This document shows positions 34,264 to 44,572 of a DNA stretch of 64,000 nucleotides, piece after piece; within the stretch, counting starts at the first letter, position 1; each line of letters starts with the position of its first letter. The stretch is from Histomonas meleagridis 2922-C6/04-290x. Its lineage: Eukaryota; Protista; Parabasalia. The stretch spans positions 1 through 64,000 of the forward strand of contig JAANOX010000108.1 in assembly GCA_020184695.1 (NCBI GenBank). The letters are read 5' to 3'. A program made the translations under genes and the position numbers. The notes below the pieces were generated by a model. The model was not told the DNA's origin. It saw nothing but the letters and a program-made list of their open reading frames with translations, and did no database searches.

Positions 34264-35915
34264 TCATTTTGAAAACAATAATTTTAGTTTTGTTTTCCCT
34301 GAAACGTTATTTGTTTGCGTGGCTAGATCATTTTTTATTATATCTGAATTTTTGTTCTCGTTTACATCATAAAATTGAAATTTATTTTCATTTTCGAGCT
34401 GCTCATCTGAAATTAATGTATAATTTGGTAAAAAGGTTGTGTAGTCTTTATCATTTTCTGATCCATATAACCAGTTAATTGTTACAGAACCTTTTGCACG
34501 AAGTAATTTAACTATTTCTGTATGACCATTTGAATATGCATATTCATATGCTGATTTAAATATGTTGAATAATTCCCGAACAGTATATTTTAACAAAAAA
34601 TTCTCAATATCAATGCAAAATAAAAAAATCAAATTACATATTATTTAAATAAATGCTAAATAAAAGCAATAAACATCTTTTGTATCAACATCAATTCCTT
34701 CTTGTGCAAGAAGTATTTTAACAAGTTTTATGTTACCAGTTTTACATGCCCAAATAAGTGGTGTATCAAATAATTTAAATAATCTTCAAATATTATTTAT
34801 AAAATTATTAATAAAAGAAACGCCAAATACTTGACAGAAATATACCTAGTGTTGATATCAATTTCTTTCTGCTTTAAAAGATATTTAAAAAGTTCCAAAT
34901 TTTCTGATTTTGTAGAGCTAATCAAGAGATTTTTTGGTATTCGATTGGTTTGAAGAAAATATTTAACAAGATATATATTTCCGTTTGTTGCTGATTCATT
35001 TATAATGTTATTATTTATTTTCATGCCCATCTTTTCTAAAAATAAAAGAATTTCATAATTATAATACCTTACGCACTTTTCTCCTAATTCTTCTAATTTA
35101 TTAATTTTTTCTATTTTATTTTCATAAATATATTTAAAGATATCATTTCGATGAAATTCAATTGCAGCTTCATATGCACCTTCAAATGTTGAATGATTTT
35201 GTTCACATAAATGAATGATTTCTTCATTTCCACCTGCAACTACAAATCTACCTGTATTTTTAATATTTGCGTCATTCATAAGTAAATATTTAAAACAATT
35301 AATTGATCCAAAAAATGCTGCGAAATCAATTAAAGTAACTAATTTTGTCTATCATAATCTGTTGGATTAACATATGAACATCTTTCATAAAGTGATGGTT
35401 CAATTTTTTGATTATAATCAAAATCATTTTGTGATGATATTTCTTGAAGTTTTTCTATTTTATCATATCTAATTATTTTTGCAATTTTATTTGTATTTAC
35501 TCCTTCTTTAATATATTTCTTATGAAGTTTGAAATCATTATTTGAAAGCTCTTTATATGTTTTATTCGTATGACTTAAATAATTATATTTAATTAATTTG
35601 TAATGCATAAAGTATTCTGAATTCATATTTTCAGTAATATTTTTATTGATTACATTTCGATTTATCATTTTCTAAATAATGAATGTATCTGTCAGCTGAA
35701 TTCCATTTTGCACAAAATGAAGAATAAACTAACTGACTAACAATTAAAATAAATGAGTATGGAAAATTAAAATCATATAATTTTATTGTTTGGTCAATTG
35801 CAAGATTAAAGTTCTCTTTATATAAATTAATTATGATTTGTTCAAGATTAATTTCGATATATTGAGGCTCATTTCCATCACCATTTTTTTTAGAATTTAT
35901 TTCGCCATTTAACAT
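34264..35915 (-). pseudogene. DUF3447 plus ankyrin gene with two element-containing spacers; N-terminal half frameshifted or partly deleted
   Basis: ORF pieces 35643-35915, 35339-35668, 34797-35279 and 34264-34632, with DUF3447 motifs (FAAFFGSINCFKYLL, VVAGGNEEII, AIEFHRNDIF). Ankyrin cores TPLIWACKTGN… and SAYEYAYSNGHTEIVKLL are separated by 80-nt and 123-nt spacers. Confidence 0.7.
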
Positions 35916-36359
35916 TGTTCTTAAAGTGAATTAGATGCCAAACACACCTTCAAGGAATCACTTTGTTAATTATAAAAGACACCCATACATTCTTTCAAAA
36001 TATTACAATGCTGTATTTTTCGTTTTTGGATATAAATTTGTTTAATCATTATAATATTATCATTAAAAATCATATATAATATAAAATACATATTAAATAA
36101 AACGTATGCATATAATTATTTTACATATTAAAAGTATCTATGCTAAGGAATAAAAGAGAAAGTTGTAATGATTTCAGTGGCCAAATATACATTGAATTCA
36201 TTCCTTTGCAAAGAATGTTTTTTATAAATGCAAAAATGATTATAAAATTAATATTCATTGTTATTTTTATATTTCTTTGGGAAATCATGCATTGTACAAT
36301 GGAATTCCATTTCAATCAGTTGTTTCACAACAAATCTTTACATTTCGATTTAGCACTTT

Positions 36360-36536
36360 TTAGGAAATGGACATTTTTTCTGTCTCGTGGCAAAACCGTA
36401 AAAGTGGAAAAATACGTTGGCCAGTTTTTTATGTCCGATGGCCGAAATTACTGGACGCTGAACGTTAATTTCGGCGCTCGTTAACTTCATGGACATTTTT
36501 TCTGGCCAATGGACATTTTTTGCTGTCCAGGACTGT
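36360..36536. mobile_element. Possible orphan Tc1/mariner-type terminus with repeated ATGGACATTTTTT motifs
   Basis: Three ATGGACATTTTTT copies. The end reads TA-CAGTCCTGGACAG on the minus strand, like a Tc1 terminus with a TA target. No partner end was found. Confidence 0.35.
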
Positions 36537-36658
36537 AATATATATTTTCTATCGAAGTAACAATTCTATTTCATACTTTCACATCTAGTTAAAATCGTTT
36601 TTACAATAAATTTAATACTTGTATATTATTTATAACTTGCATCAGAGTTGTAGATTAA

Positions 36659-37873
36659 TGTAAAGTATTCTTCAATAAGTTTCCCCAACGATACACTTTT
36701 TTAGGCCAATAACCCTCGCATTTCTATTAAAAAGTTCTATCGTTTGGGAAACTTATTGAAGAATTCAAAATTTATTTGTTTTTTTTAGTAGTTGGTATGA
36801 TCCCCATTATTGCGAATAACTTGTTGCAGTCTGTCTTGCATAGAGTTTGCAAGATTTTAAAGCATTTCAGGGGAGATGCTTTCCCAGACTTCGAATATCG
36901 CAGCACAGAGCTCATCGATGGTTTTCGGTATAAGTTCATAAATTTTTCTTTTCATAATCGCCCATAGATTCTCAATTAGATTGAGATCTGGGCTCATTGA
37001 AGGCCAGTCTTCTAGAATGTTAACGTACATTCTTAAGTAATCTATAGTTTCTCTGCAAGTATGAGCGGTTGCTCCATCTTGCATTAAAATCCAATTTTTG
37101 ATTCCATAGACTTCATTCATCTGCGGTATCAAACCGCTTCCATCTATCAGTTCGTCTACATAGGAAACATGGTCAATGGTCCGTCTTTCAATAATGATGA
37201 GGTTTGTTTTGACTTGGGAAGATATCCCACCAAACACCAAAACCTTATCTGGGAATTTTTTTCAGTAACTATAACTTCAGGACATTTCTCGCCTCTTTTT
37301 CGATAAAGAGGTCGATGATCCTCGTTGAGCTAAAAGTAGCTTTCATCTGTGAACATCACTTTTGTCCAGTCGGTTCCAAGCTGCAAATGCTTTTGTGCAA
37401 ACAATAAACGGTCGCTTTTCTGTTTCTCTGTAAGTGCAAATGAAATCAATGGGTAGCTGAATCGATATTCTAGAATTCTTCTTGCTCTCATGATGGTAGA
37501 TTCGCTTATATTGTTGTTGAATTTTCCAGATTGATTAGCAAAGACTGATAACGAAAGATTTGATAATCGTGGATTTGCTTTCGTCATATCATCAACAAAT
37601 TCCAGGAGTTTTGTTGTAATCTTCGTCGGGGCTTCAAGTTTTGTTTTTTGAAAGCAAATGTCTTCCCCATCTTTAATCATTTTTCGAACCAATTTTACAG
37701 TCTTGTGGTCATGACCAGTCATCCGTTGGATGTCCATATCTGAATACCCTAGGTATATCCATTTTGCTATTTCCTGCCTTCTTTTTATTGTTGTTTTTGT
37801 CGCCAGCATGTTCCTTGTCTGCGGAAGATATTTGATAGCTTTACGTGGGAAACTTATTGAAGAATACTTTACA
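36659..37873 (-). mobile_element. Tc1/mariner (DDE) DNA transposon with an inactivated transposase
   Basis: Perfect 27-bp inverted repeats at 36659-36685 and 37847-37873 (TGTAAAGTATTCTTCAATAAGTTTCCC). Transposase motifs VMFTDESYF, ILMQDGATAH, WPSMSPDLNLIENLW. In-frame TAG at 37330-37332 and a frameshift at the A-run near 37255. Confidence 0.9.
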
Positions 37874-38230
37874 AAAAATTTAGAGTAATCGTCCTAAGAC
37901 CGTTTAAAATGTAGAATTCTATGAAACCTGTTTAGTAGAACCTAAACAGGAATTATAAAACAAGTTGGATGAATACTTTAGCACTACTTATTAAAAAATT
38001 CTGGTATGGGAAGAAGTGTATTTGCCCAAAAAATTTTTATTCGAAATAATTCAGCTGAGAAATTGAGTGAAAAAATTCCTCACAAAATTGCATTAACGAT
38101 AGCTATTTTTAAGAACAAAAAACGGTTTTTAATGAATGAAAAAGCTAAAATTTAAATATAATTTTAATTCAGCTCTATTTGAAGTCCGTTCCAACCATTC
38201 GACATTAATAACATCGTTAATGCAAAATTT

Positions 38231-39130
38231 CTATTTAACATCTCTCGTTTCATTATTTTTGAATCTTAATGTACTCATCAAATACGCTTCGTTCTCCCGG
38301 TTGATCCATTCATTTCCTAAAATTTCCGTGAAAAACGAACTCTTGAGGCATTCCTCTGCTGTAGGCCTTTGGTTTTGATTGATGTTCAGCATTGATCTGA
38401 TCAATTTCTTCAGTGATGGTGGCGCACATTTAAAGAAGCCCTCCTTGTAGGAAGGCTCCTTCTTGAAGTACTCCATCGAAAAGTGGTCAATTTTTATGTT
38501 CGGAAATGGTTCTTTGCCAGATAAGAGAATGTAAAATGTTACACCTAATGACCATATGTCTGTGGGGAAACTGTGTGGTTTGAGGGAAAGAAGCTCAGGA
38601 GATGCAAATTTATCTGTTCCAAGGTTACAATGACATAATTCGGTATCTTTCAATATTGACGCAAACTCAAAATCAATAAGAGCAGGATCAATTTCGCCAT
38701 TAGAAAGAGCGAAAAGGAGAACATTGGCATCTTTGATGTCTCCATGTAAAACTTTATTTGAATGGAGATAATTAACAGCAAGCAATAACTTGTACATGAT
38801 TTGCCCGCATTGCTCTAATGATTTGATTTTCCCGTTTCGAACAGCTGTATTTAGATCACCATGAATTGCTCTGTTCATTACTAAAACTCGAAAACCATTT
38901 GAATCAAAGCTTTTCCTGATCTTCATGATGTACTTTTGAGAAAGTTCTTTCATTAGCCTGGTTTCTGTTTCATAACGGTGAATTGGCGTTTTTGCCATGT
39001 CAATTAATTTTAACACAATCTTTTCTGCTGTAGAAGGTTCAAGTGAAGAGTATACGTATGAGTTGGGAGACATGTGAAGTAGTGAAAGTAATCGATAATG
39101 CTTGATTCGTGTAGGTATCCTTAAGTTCAT
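38231..39130 (-). CDS. Ser/Thr protein kinase (CAMK-like) with a degenerate glycine loop
   Basis: ATG 39130 (MNLRIPT). Motifs VLKLI, HGDIKDAN, IDFEFA, GTDKFASPE, DIWSLGV, RPTAEECL. Confidence 0.85.
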   Translation of the reverse strand: MNLRIPTRIKHYRLLSLLHMSPNSYVYSSLEPSTAEKIVLKLIDMAKTPIHRYETETRLMKELSQKYIMKIRKSFDSNGFRVLVMNRAIHGDLNTAVRNGKIKSLEQCGQIMYKLLLAVNYLHSNKVLHGDIKDANVLLFALSNGEIDPALIDFEFASILKDTELCHCNLGTDKFASPELLSLKPHSFPTDIWSLGVTFYILLSGKEPFPNIKIDHFSMEYFKKEPSYKEGFFKCAPPSLKKLIRSMLNINQNQRPTAEECLKSSFFTEILGNEWINRENEAYLMSTLRFKNNETRDVK

Positions 39131-39774
39131 TATTATCAACTTTTTGTATGCTTTACATTCTCCGAAAATCTTTGCCGTGAAGATCACATTAAAAAGGCAA
39201 TTTCCCCTCAAAACATTTCCCGAAATTATCACCAAGAACTTAAGTTAATTATACAGCAATACATCCTTTTTTGAAAAACTAGTAATGATCATCAACTTAA
39301 ACATAAGACTACATAAAAGTATGATTGCAATTTTTTTATTAATTCAAGAAAACTAAGATATATTTTTTATCCTTAATAAAAAACTATTGAATAAAAAGAA
39401 TTTATATCATGGAAATGATAATCTTCAAGGTGTCTTCGTAAAAAAAAAACACTCTGAAAAAGTGAATGTTTGAATCGATATTAATCGGAAGTTGTTATTT
39501 GGCCGGCTAACTAAGAATTCATAAACAGTTTTTCAATATTTTACAAAATTTTGGATAAAAAAAAGGTTCGGATATATCTTATTTAAATTTATATAAATAA
39601 AAACTTTGTTGATTACAGTTAAAGCAACTATATTTTAAGCAATATTTAAAAAATTATATTTATAAAATTTGATCGACCAATATGAAAAATTTCGATTTTG
39701 GTTTCAGCTGAAATACAAAGGTTTATTGTGTAAAGTTATGAAAACAGCGATTAAACCGTTTTGGTCTTTCTTTC

Positions 39775-40302
39775 ATGCTTAAGAACTACGAGGTTATAGC
39801 ACGTCCTCTCCCAACTGAAGCAGTACCAAATCCAGCTGCTATTCGTGTTCAAGTTTTTGCTGCAGATGAAGTCATTGCAAAGTCAAAATTCTGGGGTGTT
39901 GCTCGCCGTATTGCTCGTTTAAAGAAAGCTCATGGTGAAATCCTTGCAGTAAAGCATGTTATTGAGCCAGAACCAGAGCGCGTCAAGAACTATGGAATTT
40001 GGTTGACATATCGCTCCACAAATTCAATCAATAACATTTACAAAGAATTTCGTGACACAACAACAGAAGGCGCTGTCCTTCGCCTTTACCAGGAAATGGC
40101 TGGTACACATAATGTTCAAGCAAAGAATATTTCGATTATTCGTGTTAGCGAAATCCCAGATGAAGATGTTGTACATCATAACCTTCGTATGTTCCTTAAC
40201 AAGGACGTCAAGTTCCCAATACTTAAAAGATCAATTCGCCCGGCTCACCCATCACAGAAGAAGATTCTTTCTAGCAAACGTCCAACAGTTTGTGGCTTCT
40301 AA
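39775..40302 (+). CDS. RPL18A: 60S ribosomal protein L18a (eL20)
   Basis: YEVIARPLPT..P, FAADEVIAKSKFW, LKKAHGEIL, VKNYGIWLTYRS, YKEFRD, YQEMAGTH, VKFPIL. Confidence 0.93.
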   Translation: MLKNYEVIARPLPTEAVPNPAAIRVQVFAADEVIAKSKFWGVARRIARLKKAHGEILAVKHVIEPEPERVKNYGIWLTYRSTNSINNIYKEFRDTTTEGAVLRLYQEMAGTHNVQAKNISIIRVSEIPDEDVVHHNLRMFLNKDVKFPILKRSIRPAHPSQKKILSSKRPTVCGF

Positions 40303-40630
40303 ACACACCCATTTAGAGTATATTTTCTTTTTTTTGAAATATAAGTGATTTTACAAAAGAAAATTTGCTCAATTTTGCTTTTCAAAAATTATTAGATATT
40401 ATTTGTAATAAATATTATAAATATGAAGTCAAGTCATCGCAGCAATTATATTTACAATGAATTTTGGTTTATAGAATTATTTGAAATTCACCATAATTTT
40501 AAAAACAAATTTTTAGAACATTAAGTGTGGGTCTTTGAGGGATTTATTATTTAGGGATAACTAAGTGTTAAAATGAGTGCTTTGTGCGAAACGAGTGAGA
40601 AAAATTCGACCACAGTTATCACTTTTCACA

Positions 40631-41758
40631 ATGGCAACAAAGGAGCCAGGCACTGCAAAGATATCAGAAAAAATTGCTGCGATTGAAGAAGAACTTTCAA
40701 GAACTCAAATCAATAAAGCAACAATGCACCACATTTGCCTTCTTAAGGCTCGTTTGGCAAGATTAAAAAGAGAAGCGATTGAAATTGTTGCACGAAAAAG
40801 TGGAAGTTCAGGTCCAGGATTTGAAGTCAGGCGTAGTGGTGATGCAAGAATTGGTTTGTTTGGTTTTCCTTCTGTAGGAAAATCTACATTATTAAATGCG
40901 TTAACAGGTGCTAGTTCAAAAGTTGCTGCTTACGAATTTACAACTCTTACCCCAGTGCCTGGAATCATATCAATCAATGGTGCCAAAATTCAAATATTGG
41001 ATTTACCAGGAATTTTAGAAGGTGCTGCTGATGGTGTTGGCCGAGGTAAGCAAGTTATTGCAGTTGCCAGAACTTGCTCCCTTATCTTAATGGTTCTTGA
41101 TGGTATGCAGTCTCTTAATCTCCTCAAAATTCTCGAAACCGAATTAAGTGGCTATGGCATCAAACTTAATAAAACTCCACCTAAGATCCGTATAGATGTC
41201 AGAGATCGCAATGGAATTGCTATTACATCCTCATGTCCACAGCCAGATCTTGATAATGAAGTCATCATCCAAATTCTTCGAAACCAATACCGAATCAATC
41301 ACGCTGTCATCCACTTTGACGAGCCCGCCACCATTGATGATTTCATTGATGTTCTTGAAGATAATCGCGTATACATTCCCGCGATCTATGTCATCAACAA
41401 ATGTGATCAACTATCTCCAGAACAGATTGCAGAGTTTTCCAAGATGCCAGACACCATGTGCGTTTCTGCTAAGGACAATATAAATCTTGATAATTTGGTC
41501 ACCCGAATTTGGGACTATTTGGACCTGATAAGGGTGTTTACACAGCCCAGAGGCGAAGAGATCGACCCTGAGCCACTCGTACTCTCAGCCAACAGATGCA
41601 CGATACGAGATATGTGCGAGAAAATTCACACGAGCATGGTCGAGTCGTTCAAGTTCGCATGGGTAACGGGAACGTCAGTGAATCACTACCCGGCGAAGTG
41701 TGGTCTGAATCACATACTTCATGATGGGGATATTGTGACACTTATATGCAAAGGGTAA
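40631..41758 (+). CDS. DRG: Developmentally regulated GTP-binding protein (DRG family)
   Basis: EKIAAIEEELSRTQINKAT, LKARLARL, GFPSVGKSTLL, AYEFTTLT, DLPGILEGAA.G.GRGKQV, NKCD, and a C-terminal TGS domain (WVTGTSV…GLNHILHDGD). Confidence 0.93.
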   Translation: MATKEPGTAKISEKIAAIEEELSRTQINKATMHHICLLKARLARLKREAIEIVARKSGSSGPGFEVRRSGDARIGLFGFPSVGKSTLLNALTGASSKVAAYEFTTLTPVPGIISINGAKIQILDLPGILEGAADGVGRGKQVIAVARTCSLILMVLDGMQSLNLLKILETELSGYGIKLNKTPPKIRIDVRDRNGIAITSSCPQPDLDNEVIIQILRNQYRINHAVIHFDEPATIDDFIDVLEDNRVYIPAIYVINKCDQLSPEQIAEFSKMPDTMCVSAKDNINLDNLVTRIWDYLDLIRVFTQPRGEEIDPEPLVLSANRCTIRDMCEKIHTSMVESFKFAWVTGTSVNHYPAKCGLNHILHDGDIVTLICKG

Positions 41759-42899
41759 ATATAAAGATAAAATGTCTTTTAATTTGTTTATATTATGTTT
41801 TCTTATTAGTTAAACTTAACAATTTTTATTGTTTGTGTCTGCGATAATATCTCGAATAGTCATTTTAGCAATTCTTTCGATTGTTTCCTTAACATTTACA
41901 TTTGTTACAGAAATTTCGATGCACCAGTTTTTTAGTAAGTTTTTGACCAGAAGCACTTATTGCTATAAAAATACAATCGGCGTATAATTGGTTCTTTTTA
42001 TATTCTTTATAAGGTTTACAAGAGAGCTTAAAAATATAGTTTAATTTTATTTTTAACTTATTCTTAATGCTTGTTTACATATTATCAATTCCAATCTCGA
42101 ATTGTTATTATTAATTCTCCGATTTTCATTTTATTCCATTTAATTGGTTTATCTTCAATATCCAAAAAAAGCTTCTGTATAACTTTTGGTTAGGCACTTT
42201 GTTTAGTTGAATGATATGAACAAATTCTTTTTGAATATTTAAATTACAAAGTTAATATAAAATCATTAAATAATAATGCGAATCATTCATTTTTGTTTCG
42301 TTGTTAACTTTTAATACAATATCATCCCAAAAAGTTTCTAAATTTTCATTACAAATGTTTTTAAGTAATTCTTCAACAGCAATTCTACCAATTCTCGAAT
42401 ACTTATTTGAAGGAAAACTTAAAATTAATTCAATAAGTTGAGGATCTTCAATAGCAGATGTAAACATTGTTATTAATAATAATACTAAATAAGAAGAATG
42501 TTGCTTTGCTTTAGAAAGTGTTTTTATCAAAAAGATCTTTAGAAAAGAATTGTGGTTGCCCAGTGCCCATTTCACAAATTTTATGTATAAGTCCTACATA
42601 AAGTAAATTAATTGAAGATATTACATCCCATGAAATATAAAATATATCAAAAATTACATCGAAAAGTTTCGAAATCCAATTAATTGGATTTTCTTTAATG
42701 ATTGTTTTTAATGTATTTTCATGGATTTGTAGTTTCATTGGATTATTAGTATTTTTTCATATAAATAAAAGAGCATTTTTATGAGCTAAATATTTCTTTC
42801 TTGGGTTTTATTAATGTATTTGCAATATATTTATATATGGAAGTCAAGCACTTCTCCGCATTTGTTTCATTTCTTAATTACACATAATCTCACAAAGCT

Positions 42900-44030
42900 T
42901 ATTATCACTTTGGCTTATAAACGGTAGTTTTGTGAGATTGTTCTTTGGTAACAAAAAGACAACTATTGTCTTGGAGGATTCAATTACACAATGCGTTACG
43001 AGCAAATTGGATATTTACGGATCACACTTGAACTGGAGGATCTCAAGCTAGTCACCATAAAGCTAGGTGATATTTGTAACTTAAAGCCTCAGATAATAAC
43101 GAAAGCATTGAATAAATTTTACAAAAAAAAAAAAAAAAAAATCCCATAGGTCTTCAGAAAAAAACTCACTGTCGAGAAAAAGAACAATGTTATCATTCCC
43201 TCAAAAGCTCAAAAAATGAGGTTAATGGTAAATTTTCGAGATCAATATTTAATGCAGACGAAACAGGTTCTTCAGAGTGGATGGACAAAAAAACGAGAAA
43301 TATGGTTGTACCAAAGCATGGAGATGATATAAGAATCACAAGGTCAAAAGAGCATCAAAATTACAAACAATTTTGGGTTGCATTTCTGCAGCTGGTGATG
43401 TGTTAACACCTGTTCTTATCCATTCAAGAAAGACAGTTGACGAAGAAGTTTATTTAAAAGGTTTAAGGGAGGGAACAGATGTTATTTTGAGATATTCAGA
43501 ATCAGGTTATATTACTTCATCCATCTTTGAAGAGTGGATAGGAAATTTTTTTGTTAAATTTGTCAATGATACAAGAAATGCATTGTATCTAGAGGATGAA
43601 GAGGCAGTTTTATTTCTTGATAGGTGCAGTTCTCATACATCAGATGAGGTGAAACAAATATTAGCTAACAACAAAATTAAAATGATTACGTTCCCACCAC
43701 ATGCCTCGCATATTTCCCAAATGCTAGATTTAGTAACTTTTGGTGTGTTAAAACATGTTAAGCCAACAATTAAGACTCCATTTAAAAATAATTCACAAGC
43801 ACACCATATACACAAATATTCAAAGGCATTTGAGACTCAACAATATCTTCAAACAATAGATCGGCTTTTTTGAGAGCAGGTTTTTTTTTTTAATACTTCA
43901 ATATTTTCATACAAGTTTCAAATTGATGAAAATCAAATACGAAAAATAATAGAAGAATCAAAATTAATATCTGAAGAAGAATTTCAGCATCAATTTTCAA
44001 ATGCAAGAAAGAAAGAGTTTGGATTCATTC
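42900..44030 (+). mobile_element. pogo/Tigger-type (DDE_1) transposase pseudogene
   Basis: IFNADETG (~43245-43270), TILGCISAAG, AVLFLDRCSSH, FPPHASHISQMLDLVTFGVLK; multiple stops and frameshifts. Confidence 0.8.
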
Positions 44031-44572
44031 TTTTGATTTTTAATACTCTCTTTAAGTGATATATATTGTATTTTGTGATGAATTCATACTAACATTGATC
44101 CAACAAATAATATTATAAAATTTAAGAAATATTATTTATTGATAAAGATATTTTCGTTTCATTTTGGAATTTCACCACTTTTTCGAAAAACGGTTAAACA
44201 CATTTAGACTGGAATCTGTATTAAGTTATCTTTCAATTTTTTTTCAAAATTTCTCCAATATCTCTCTATTACTTTATTTTAAATATTTTTTACAATATTT
44301 TGAGGTTATTTATTTCATTTTATCACTTATATCCATTCCTCTCTATTCATTTTAAGTTCGAATTCATCAATTTCATTTAAAAAGTTTAAATATTTATGAA
44401 CTCTTTATTCATTTCAAGTTTCATTTTTTTATAATTGAATTGTTTTTAATCGTTTTTCATTCAATTTACTGGAAGTTCAACTTTGAATTTTTTCAAAAGC
44501 TTGATTCTCAATTGATAATATTCGTTTCAATTTCTGGTTGGAGGTGAAGAATTGATGTTTGTGAGTTTTGGA

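Noticed and set aside
42150-42780. Short minus-strand ORFs 42252-42575 and 42511-42738
   Set aside because: They look like a decayed coding fragment, but I could not recognise a family.
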